A stretch of DNA of 64,000 bases from Zootoca vivipara (Eukaryota), in contig NC_083276.1 in the NCBI RefSeq assembly GCF_963506605.1, positions 133,238,001 to 133,302,000 of the forward strand. Direction: 5' to 3'. Position 1 is the stretch's first letter. Each line of letters opens with the position of its first letter. The translations under genes were made by a program, and so were the position numbers. The notes below the pieces were generated by a model. It saw nothing but the letters and a program-made list of their open reading frames with translations, did no database searches and was not told where the DNA came from. Below, one piece after another: positions 53,759 to 64,000 of this stretch.

Positions 53759-54067
53759 TGTGGGGGAAGGACAGCGCAGCGAGGTGCCAGAGCCTCTGCA
53801 ACGCTCCAGCCAAAGGACGGGAGAAGGAACGCAGCCCCTTCCGGTGCCCATGTTGGGTCATGCACCCAGACGTAGGGCAAGGGGGCGACGTTTTGGGGTC
53901 CCCAGACTATTATGCTGGCACAAAAGCAGACAAGCGCCATTGTTGGATTCTGAATCAGACTAGACAGTCATGTCTCTGCACTGTAAATAATATGCACAAT
54001 AAAGCTCTTAAAGACAGAGCAGACTGGAGCGTCTTTACTCGAGAGTAGCCGCAACAATCCCCTGACA
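53759..54067 (+). mobile_element. Short solo LTR-like element
   Basis: TG..CA ends, TSD taacc/ttacc, same 3' end as 41679-42105. Confidence 0.7.
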
Positions 54068-55299
54068 TTACCCTAACATTAATTTCCCATTATATTTGAG
54101 CTTTCACACGAACACTAAACCAGCACTATATTTTGCTATATTTACAAAGTAGCATTTAAATAATGTGAAAGCTCAAATACACTGCTGAAATTAACAGTCA
54201 TGGAAACATAATAAAAACCGAACAAACGATTGTGTGCATGCAGGCATCTTAACCTCACTTACCAGTCAATAATTCCAAATTATTTTAGTTAAGATATGCA
54301 GTGAATTAATTATGTCAAAATACACAAAGGAACTGCACATTGTACACCCCAAAAAATGCTAACCTTTTTGCAAATCATTCTCAATTGAAAACTTACTTTC
54401 TGTATCCTTCAAAGTGCTGTATGATGGAGATTTATGTCAGTACAACTCTAACCTAAACATTTCCCTAGTAATAGACTCAACTGTGTACTACCTAATCTCT
54501 ATATTTCTGCACGGCTTTACGTGTGCATAAACTCTTCTCCATAACTCCTCTCCCTAATTGCCTAAATGGCTCTGTCAAGATAATAAAAAATAGTTCTTCT
54601 GAGAATAAGGATAGCTGCATTCATTTTCAAGATTTTTTTTAGGAATGTTAGATTTGTATGAAACAAGACATGAAAAATTACTGTGCAATGCAAGAAGCAC
54701 AGTCATACGTTCAGTAAATAAAACAATCTTTCTGGGGAGTAATGGGCTGTGTGTTTCAAAATCCCACCTTTTAGTCATTTTTTATAACCAGTTATGAAGC
54801 AAATTTGATTTATTTTTGGTTTTACTGCATAATTTCATTACATAATAAAAATGGTTTGGGAAGGAGGGATTGTTAGAGCAGTGAATGTCTGAGCAACAAA
54901 ATCCTCCCAAAGAGATGCTTCCGAAGAGAGGGGCCACAACAACCTCCATTTGCCCAGAAAAGGAAGTCCCACTGTATGCAATGCAATAGCCGCCTGAGTA
55001 GTAAGTCTCGGGCTGCAGCCTTAATATAGAACAGTCAAGGCTGAGACTCGGGGCATGGCCAGGAAGGAAAGAAGAGGGCTGCTTAAACAGCTCAGAAAAA
55101 CAGCTTGGAATGAAAGCCCCCTCCTGTCTAAGAAAACCCCAAACCTTGAAGAAAAGAGAGGGCTAAGCAAAAGGATCCCCAAAAGCTGAAAATAAAAGAT
55201 CTTATTCAAAAAACACGAATGCATTCAAGGACACTAATGCAGGCGGCAGCGAAGGTGGCACTGCCCTCAAGAGGCCTCTTCCTCTTTGGGGAAAGAAAA

Positions 55300-56300
55300 T
55301 TGGAAGAATATCTAAAGAGAAGAGTTTGCAGCACAACAAGAAGCCATAAAGGAGCTTATTGAAAACATTTGGAAAGAGCTAATGCTCCCAATGGAAATGA
55401 AGCTGACAGAACTCAACACGGGGCTGGACTCTTTAACAGAAACCACAGGCAGCCCCCCCTCCCAATTTACGCATGTTCAGTATGTGCGCAACCATGTTTA
55501 AGCACATCAGGCCGAACCCAGAAGTGACCCAGAAACGTCATAAAGACGTCACTGAAACGTCAGTAAAGGGGCAGGGTGGGGGGTGTACCTCCGAACGTAA
55601 CCCCCAGGTAAGCAGGGGGCTGCCTGTACAGCAACAAAAGAATTAAGCCAAATCCATGACGAAAAGATCAAAGAACGACAAAATGAAAACATGAAAATGA
55701 AAACAAAATATGCAACAAGTTTGAAGATGCAAATTAATTCTCCTATTTCGATTTTCTACATTTCTGTTTTGTTTTTGTTTTTTTGAAGAGGGAGTGGAAG
55801 AGAATGATTCTGCACAATTTATTGCTTCATGGCTTAAATCACTGCTTCCAGACCTCATAATCCCTGCTGCGGATTTTGAATGGGCACACACAGCAATTGC
55901 ATGCAAACTGAGAGAGAAGTTCACCCAGTGCCACCCTGCCTGTGATATCATTGTCTGCTTTGCCCATTACATGAAGGAGGAGGAAATGTGGAACAAATGG
56001 AGAAAGCCAGTATCTGTAACAACTGAAGGCAGCCCTGTTTAGGGGAGCTTTTAATGTTTGATGGATTTCTGTATTTTAGTATTTTGTTGGAAGCCACCCA
56101 GAGTGGCTGGGGAAGCCCAGCCAGATGGGCGGGGTATGAAAAATATATTCTTATTATATTCTTATTATTATAACTTATAAAAGCATTCTAGTTATGGTGA
56201 TGTGTTTCAGATCTGGCTTCTGAAACACTGAAAAAGGGGAAAATTCTACATAAGCCTGCACTATTAAACTGCAAGAGACTAGAATTAAATATCACTGGGG
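55300..56300 (+). mobile_element. Old L1 ORF1 relic interrupted by a hAT-type MITE (55446-55626) and an L2 tail
   Basis: EGVEEND..DFEWAH..DIIVCF resemble L1 ORF1 RRM motifs. Confidence 0.6.
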
Positions 56301-56534
56301 CTTCCCTTTCCCTCTTATCATCATGAGAGAATCAACACAGCTCACTGCAACGAACAGACTGGAAGCAACAGATCTCCTCAACACTCTTGGAATTGACCGA
56401 CCTCTGAAATGGCAGCGAGGAGAGGCATCAGAAGAATACGCTGAACTTTCCAACTTTCCTGCCCCCCCGCCCAGTCTGAAATTCTGTCATTTACTAAAGA
56501 ACCGACTTAAGAAAGCATCTGACACATCCCTTAC

Positions 56535-56947
56535 TGTTGTTGTTGTTTAGTCGTTTAGTCGTGTCCAACTCTTCGTGACCCCATGGACCAGAGCACGCCA
56601 GGCACTCCTGTCTTGCACTGCCTCCCGCAGTTTGGTCAAACTCATGTTCGTAGCTTTGAGAACACTGTCCAACCACCTCGTCCTCTGTTGTCCCCTTCTC
56701 CTAGTGCCCTCAATCTTTCCCAACATCAGGGTCTTTTCCAAGGATTCTTCTCTTCTTATGAGGTGGCCAAAGTATTGGAGCCTCAGCTTCAGGATCTGTC
56801 CTTCCAGTGAGCACTCAGGGCTGATTTCCTTAAGAATGGAAATATTTGATCTTCTTGCAGTCCATGGGACTCTCAAGAGTCTCCTCCAGCACCATAATTC
56901 AAAAGCATCAATTCTTCGGCGATCAGCCTTCTTTATGGTCCAGCTCT
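56535..56947 (-). mobile_element. BovB 3' fragment
   Basis: ESWTIKKADRRRIDAFELWCWRRLLRVPWTARR; (CAA) tail. Confidence 0.92.
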
Positions 56948-59169
56948 CCAGAAGCTGGCCTCTCCAGAAGCCAACCAAAAGGCAAGGGGAAATGTGGTCA
57001 GAAAATCCTCTCAAACTTTTCCCTTTTCCACATTTTGTGGAGTGTTCATAAGGCATGAAAGATTTGCATGCTAAGCTATGCTATGAACACAGAAAGCCAT
57101 CTTATACTGACGTAGATCATTGCCTACTGATGCCAGAGATAAGATGCCAGGGACCAGAACTTTGGCTGCAAAATGTGCTGATCCCTGCGATTTCCCTACA
57201 AAATGCAGGAAACTCGACTGCATAATTTCACTGAGTTATGGACTATGGGCATTTGATGGAGAAGCTGCCCAAGGATAGGGTCAGAGATAAGGTCATCAAT
57301 GTTTCTGTGTCATGAATCACACCTCCGACTAACTCACACAAATAATGGACAAACTATAAGCCTAAGCACTGAGAAAACAATCAAAACTGGGAATGTTAGA
57401 TCCTTCCTTTCTTTTTTGGAAGAACACAACATTGTGATGAAATGAAAAGGACTGTTCAGTTATGGATTTCTTTGCTTTTCAGTCGCTAACACATAACCTT
57501 TACTCAGCCCACTGAAAAATTATTTTTGTGCCACCAAGTCCAGCCTATATTTTAATGCTGGTCATAAGCAAATTTACCAGAATTCAAAGTTTGGCTTAAA
57601 GCAAAGTTTGGCTAAGCTAACTTAAACATTAATTCAATTCTAATGGCATGCTATAAGAATCCCCCCCCCAAATTCCCAGCACAGCAAATACAGTTTATTT
57701 AGAAAATATGGATGAAACCAAGAATTTATTTACCTCACAGCCAGTAACAATAAGCTATTTTGCTATGTTGATTCTCTTGAAGGCTGCTGTGTACTTCTGT
57801 TGTAAATGGTTTCCTTTCTGATGTTTTTGAAGAATCATTTATGCCTCTAGATTGTCTATGCTTACAAGTGATTGTAATTTATGCCTGGATTAAATCTTTT
57901 ATAATCAACATTTTGAATTGTGCAAGGCATTTTTTAGCCTCATGTCAGTGTTGTGCTAATGACTTTTCTGTTACGCTTGAGAAGGCACTTTGATTAAGAA
58001 GGCATTTTCTACTAAAGAAATCGGAGAAGGCAATTTACCATTAAAAAAAAATTAGATGACTGTTGTTCCTATCCTTAATTTTTAGCACACACTAGACATT
58101 ATTATATCAGAACATTACACTGCATGTTAAGAGAACTATTAAGTTTCATTCATGGTAATAATGATTTTATTTGAACAAGAATGGAATAAATAGCACATAT
58201 ACAAAAGCAGTTACAATGGTTTCACACTGTCTTGTTTCTGGGGCCTGCTCTAAATAAACCAATATGCTTAGGAAAAAAGAGAAACTAGACTATCAGTTTA
58301 GTTATACAGAAATGTAATCTTTAATTTATTTATTTTTCAGGGATGCTGGTCAGCGAAGATCAAATACCTTCCAGATTCCTAATACAAAGCATAAGCTGAT
58401 ATAAATTGGCCAGAACCTTGGCGTGCTTTCTGTGACTTCTGAAGTGTGAAAGATGATGAAGAGAAATAAACCAGATGTCTTCAATTAGAAGCTAGCCCTA
58501 GTCTAATGCGGAGAGCCATTTATCAGTGCTGCTAATTGAAAAACTCTGTTAGCTCTGCAGTCCAAAAAACACATTACAGTACCTTGGGATGCCAATCTCA
58601 TTAGCTCCCACTTTTCATATTTGCAAAAGAGAAACCGACAGCATTGTGTTTTTATCCATGTAGTTACCATGTCTGTTTCCTCAAATAGCAAGCTCAACTG
58701 CCCGATTTGGAGTCAAAGCAGGGATCCCTAAAATAAGGTAAGGTAGTAGTTTCTGTATAGTTGGGGGACTCCCTAGGCATGCAGAAGCATGTGCTCTGCC
58801 AGAGATAGTTTGGTCTGGTAACCTTCAGATTGGGCTATTGCCCTTTAGGTTGATTGCACTGAGTGCAGAATTCTGAAGATGGGCTTCTGGTTGGAAAAGT
58901 TCTGCATCAGTTCTGCTACATTGGTGCTGAACGCTCTGCATACCCAGTGCATTAGTGAGCTAAGTTCCGTGTCCTACTGTCAGTACATCAGGGGTGCCAA
59001 CTTGAATAAAATATGGAGGGCAGGTAATCCCCACCCTACATAATCAATCACATGGTGGGGCTCTCCCATACCATTTGAATATCATCAACTGGGGTGGGGA
59101 CTGGTCCCCTCAAATATTTTATTGGGAGGGTGAAGAGACCTTGGCCCCTAGGAAGTGGCTCTTATGCAG

Positions 59170-59524
59170 TAAGGTAAAGGTAAAGGGACCCCTGACCATT
59201 AGGTCCAGTCGTGACCGACTCTGGGGTTGCGCGCTCATCTCGCATTATTGGCCGAGGGAGCTGGCGTATAGCTTCCAGGTCATGTGGCCAGCATGACAAA
59301 GCCGCTTCTGGCAAACCAGAGCAGCACATGGAAACGCCGTTTACCTTCCCACTGTAGCGGTTCCTATTTATCTACTTCCATTTTGACGTGCTTTCGAACT
59401 GCTAGGTTGGCAGGAGCTGGGACCAAGCAACGGGAGCTCACCCCGTCACAGGGATTCGAACCGCCGACCTTCTGATCAGCAAGCCCTAGGCTCAGTGGTT
59501 TAACCACAGTGCCACCTGGGTCCC
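59170..59524 (-). mobile_element. Sauria SINE
   Basis: Near-identical to 7897-8251; TSD cttatgcag. Confidence 0.92.
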
Positions 59525-59604
59525 CTTATGCAGCACAAAGAGCCAAAACAGCTTAGGACCAGGTTGCCTTATCACCTTGTCCCTTATACACCTTGTCCCT
59601 TATA

Positions 59605-59824
59605 CAGTCATACCTTGGTTCTCAAACAGAATCTGTTCTGAAAGTCCGTTCAACTTACAAAAAAGTTTAAAAACCAAGGCGCGGTTTCCAATTGGCTGCA
59701 CTCAATCGGATGCCGTTGGGCTTCCAAAAAATGTTCGCAAACGGGAACACTTACTTATGGGTTTGCGGTGTTCGGGAGCCAAAACGTTCAAGTCGCAAGG
59801 TGTTCAACTTCTGAGGTACGACTG
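59605..59824. mobile_element. Tc1/mariner MITE
   Basis: TA/cagtcatacct..aggtacgactg/TA; related to 22418-22666. Confidence 0.8.
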
Positions 59825-59904
59825 TACGCTCAAGATCATCCAAAGCACCTCTCCTTTTAGCATAGAGGTGCCATTACTCTGAAACACAATTCCTACTGTA
59901 ATCA

Positions 59905-60135
59905 GACATGCACATACAGATGTTGTTTGCTGATGATGCAGCCTTGACAGCGTACTCCATCAGCTATTTTACCCAAGCCTGCAGGGAGTCTGGACTTACC
60001 ACCAGCCTGACGAAGGCTAGCATCCTGGGTCAGGACGCCACCAACACTCCACACATCAGCGTTGGTGATCACACATTTGAGGTGATAGATGATTCTGTCT
60101 ACCTGGGCTGCACCATAACCAGCAACCTCTTCATC
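59905..60135 (+). mobile_element. RTE-clade (non-BovB) RT fragment
   Basis: MLFADDAAL..GLTTSLTK..YLGCTITSN. Confidence 0.8.
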
Positions 60136-60146
60136 ATTACTGAGTT

Positions 60147-60620
60147 GCTTCTTCTTCTTTGGCTATCACTTGTAGCTGAGTAAGATTGTCTTCCATAAAC
60201 ACGGTTTTAACAGTGAGTCCGTAAGTGACTGTGGAGGCCAATTCTGGATCCACACGTCCTTCCACAGTGGGGACATTGGTTCCCGGGCGGGAGTTGATCA
60301 TGGTGTGGATTTGCCAAGCGTGCCTTCCTCTTAGCACGTTTCTCTCTTGTGTCCTGAGATTGAGTGTCTTCAAAGCCCATGACACCTTTGGTAAAGGCTG
60401 TTCTCCAATTGGAGCGCTCGCAAGCCAGTGTTTCCCAGTTGTCGGTGTTTATACTACATTTTTTTTAGATTTGCCTTGAGACAGTCTTTAAACCTCTTTT
60501 GTTGACCACCAGCATTATGCTTTCCATTTTTAAGTTCGGAATAGAGTAGTTGCTTTGGAAGACGATCATCAGGCATCGGTACAACATGACCAGTCCAACG
60601 AAGTTGATGTTGAAGAACTC
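60147..60620 (-). mobile_element. RTE-clade LINE 3' end with (AAG) tail
   Basis: QHQLRWTGHVV.MPDDRLPKQLLYSELKNGK..GGQQKRFKD. Confidence 0.82.
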
Positions 60621-60762
60621 AGCATTTCAAATTTTGTAAACGTTAGTGCAATAGGAAAAATATTGTATCTATTGGCTTGACTCTGGAGTTCAACAGGCTA
60701 TATCACTGCAAATTAATTTTTTCTAATTGTTTAATCAAGTACAGAAAATGTAAGAGACAGGG

Positions 60763-60852
60763 CATAGCTGCTAAGTTTTCCCTTTTCTCGCGAGGAAGCC
60801 TATTCAGCATAATGGAATTTCCCTTAAAAAAAGGGAGAACTTGGCAGCTATG
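60763..60852. mobile_element. 90-bp MITE, second copy of 26565-26654
   Basis: Same TIRs; flanked by gagacaggg direct repeat. Confidence 0.88.
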
Positions 60853-61092
60853 GAGACAGGGGCTTCTGGCCGATCCTCTCCTAAGCCACCAAGCTGCCTC
60901 CATTACTGTCAGCAACTCCATATATTTATGTCTAGACTAAAGTAGGCAACTTTTGCCACTGCACAGAAGCTTCATCAGTGTCTCTGGCCTCCTGTAAATC
61001 CCACGGCACTCAATAAAACAGATTGACTACATATGGGCTTAACTACCCTCTTTTTGGAAATAAACATGATTCACACTAATAGTATGAAAAGG

Positions 61093-61220
61093 TTACAGGT
61101 AGGTAGCCGTGTTGGTCTGAGTCGAAGCAAAATAAAAAAATTCCTTCAGTAGCACCTTAAAGACCAACTAAGTTTATATTTTGGTATGAGCTTTCGTGTG
61201 CATGCACACTTCTTCAGATC
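61093..61220 (-). mobile_element. Penelope-derived mini-element with hammerhead ribozyme core
   Basis: 12-bp TSD agtatgaaaagg (61081-61092, 61221-61232); minus strand reads CTGAAGA-A-GTGTGCATGCACAC-GAAA-GCTC. Confidence 0.75.
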
Positions 61221-61904
61221 AGTATGAAAAGGGTTATACAATTAAGCTAACAAACAATCGAATATATCTTTCAGGTTTCAAATTGAGTAAAATTTTCCTG
61301 CAAAGCAATTCTTAGATGTTTCCCTCTTCAATGTGTTCATTCTTTACAATACTCTCCTAACCTTCAGTCTGTTCCTTCTGCTTCCCCTATAATACTTCTC
61401 TTGTGTTCAGTGGACCAACACGCTTAGCCATTTGTTTTGTCTGCTTATCTATTAATCAAGAAATGCACTATCTAGCCAGGCATTTATTCTTTTCCTATAA
61501 TGATTAATAATATAATCATTTTCAAACTTTCTACATTTAGAGAACACTTTCCACGCAAATTGTCTGCTAAGAAATTGCCCATGAAGAATATTCTAGACTG
61601 ATTACTGGTCAATATGTGGTACAACCAACAGTGCCAACTCCAGATTTTGGGATGTCCACATGAAAGTGGGTCTCCTTCAAATATTCCTTCATGTGTCATC
61701 AGTCATGCTGCTTCAAATACGAAGGACATTGCTTCTCACCCAGTAGGGTGGGACAAGCTAGATGGCTGGTGCTCTTTTTGGCTTGTGCTGTTCACGAAAT
61801 GTAAGATTGCCCAATGTCACTGTAGGGGCCTCTGGGGTGATTTATATTTCCAAGTGGTACCCAGCCACACCAGTGCAGCTGTACCCATCTGAAATGTATG
61901 GACT

Positions 61905-62697
61905 GCATACAAGCAGGATATAGCTGAGGGACAAAATGAAAACTAACAAAATGAATTTCAATTGGAACTAATGTAAGGTTCCACACTTAGGCAGGAAGAA
62001 CCAGCTGTACAAATATAAGATGGGGGACACCTGGATTGCCAGTAGTACATGTGAAAAGGATCTTGGAGTCTTAGTAGAGCACAGGCTTAACATGAGTCAA
62101 CAGTGTGATGCAACAGGAAAAGCTAATGCTATTCTAGGCTGTATCAAGAAAAGTCTAGTGTCTCAATCAAGGGAAGTAATAGTACCACTCTATTCTGCCT
62201 TGGTCAGTCCACACCTGGAATATTATGTCCAGTTCTGGGCGACACAATTAAAGGCGGATATTGACAAGCTGGAACACATGCAGAGGAAGGCAACCAAAAA
62301 GATCAAGGATCTGGAAATCAAGCCTTATGAGGAATGGTTGAGGGAGTTGGATGTGTTTATTCTGAATAAGAGGATATTGAGAGGAGGTATGACAGCCATT
62401 TTCAAATATCTGAAGGGCTGCCACATGGAAGATGGAGCAATCTTGTTTTCTCCTGCTCCGGAGGCCAGGACCCAAACCAATGGCTTCAAATTACAAGACA
62501 GGAGATTCCGACGAAACATCAATAAGAACTTTCTAACAGTTAGAGCTGTTCAACAGTGGAAGAGGTTGTGGACTCTTCTTCCTTGGAGGTTTTTAAGCAG
62601 AGGTTGGGTGGCCTTCTGTCATGGGTGTTTTAGTTGAGAGTCCTGCATTTCAGGGAGCTGGACTAGATGACCCTCAGGGTCACTTCCAACTCTACAG
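61905..62697 (+). mobile_element. CR1 LINE 3' fragment
   Basis: EKDLGVLV..LNMSQQC..KANAILGCI..LYSALV.PHLEY (ORF 62020..62637). Confidence 0.92.
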
Positions 62698-64000
62698 TCT
62701 TTTCCTTTTTTTCTCAGTCAAGTGGGGGGGGCACTCTCAGTCTGGAGGTTTGGCAAGTGCTTCAGTATGATGACTGCTGACACCAGGCTCACCGGGCTTC
62801 ATAGCCACGCCACATGAACTAAGAATGCTCCCTAGAACAGGGGTTTCTCAAGCACTGCCTAGTTTTCCTCCTCACTTATCCCCCTCTACCTCCAATCTAT
62901 GCCATAGCTTTGGGTTGGACCAATTCCTGAACCAAGAATTCCTTCTTTGGTGGGTAAAGGTGCCAAGATATCATTGGGGGGGGGGAGAGAAGTGAAAGTT
63001 TTCCCTTCTCTGAGAGGAAAGAGCCAGAGGAGGTATTAAGGGAAATTAGAAAGTGAGATAAAAGGAGAAGGAAGAGGAGAAAGGGGAGAGAAAAGGTGGC
63101 AAGTAATGACAAGGAGGATTAGAAATTAAGGTGGTAAGAGGAAAGCTCTTACAGAGGGAAGAAGTGAATGCACAACAGCCAGAGAGGAGATGAAAGAAAC
63201 TGGCCATTGCAGGGTGGAATGAAGAATTGGGGGGGGGGATTATAGGGGAAGGGTAGAATGCTTTGAGAGGGATGTGGGGGTGGGAAGGCAAAAATACAAA
63301 AGAAAAAGCTCAAAGCTACATGCTTAAAAAAACATCTTATTACCACTAAAGGAAAAAAGTAAACTTGATTTAATTGCACAAGTGTGAAGCTATAGTAGGA
63401 AGAAGGGCTTATTTCCTATACAAAATGAATACTTGGTAAAAGAAAACATTACTAAATTCTCTGAACTATGGATTGATTGAATCAGATAATATCAAGCACA
63501 TACTAAATATTAAATTTATTTTTGGACACAAGAATGTACAAGTATGGTGAAAAGAAATACAGAATTCACATCAGCACACAAGCACTATTTTATCTTTTAT
63601 TATGGAAAGCATTCTTTTGTCTCCATCCTCCACTTCCTCTCCCCATCTGACTCCTGCTTTCCACAAACCTCTGAAAGCTTGTTGACATTGCACTTGGCCC
63701 ACCATCCATTCAAACCTAGTCTGAAAGGGCATTTCTTCTCCATCTAAAAAATTAATCTACATTTGTCAGAATAATGCATAGTATGTACATGAAAGCTACT
63801 ATTACTTAGATCTTCTGTTATTAGGTCAGGAATGCCAATTTAGAGTTCCCCAGGGCACTTCAGAAACACATAAATCCTCCATGAAATTCAGACTAATGTG
63901 TTCTAGCCAGAGGCCACAGGATGGGTTAAGGCCTTGATTGCGAATCTGGCTGAGTCGCTCTCCAAAAGGCCCAGTGTTTACTTGATTAATGCTTTGATTC

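Overview
Eukaryotic genomic DNA from a squamate reptile, probably a lizard (Sauria SINEs plus BovB LINEs). One protein-coding gene is reconstructable: the 3' 13 coding exons of IQCA1 (DRC11; IQ motif and AAA domain protein) on the minus strand, from 51279 down to the TAG at 11237. The exons join in one frame (1600 nt, about 532 codons plus stop). I could not find the upstream exons, so they probably lie beyond the window. The rest is intronic or intergenic DNA dense in transposon relics (L1, L2, CR1, BovB/RTE, RTEX-like, Penelope-like, SINEs, hAT and Tc1/mariner MITEs, solo LTRs), microsatellites and a decayed 28S rRNA fragment. Most ORF-track entries are spurious or TE-derived. I see no evidence of a wholly new gene system. 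The best leads are: three GC-AG introns out of 12; a candidate in-frame alternative last exon that would remove the AAA domain; a recursive-splice-like exon; internally deleted non-autonomous BovB copies sharing a YADD-to-stop lesion; a Penelope-derived mini-element with a hammerhead core; and an L1 5' junction built from fold-back templated DNA. Family assignments rest on recalled consensus motifs, not database searches.
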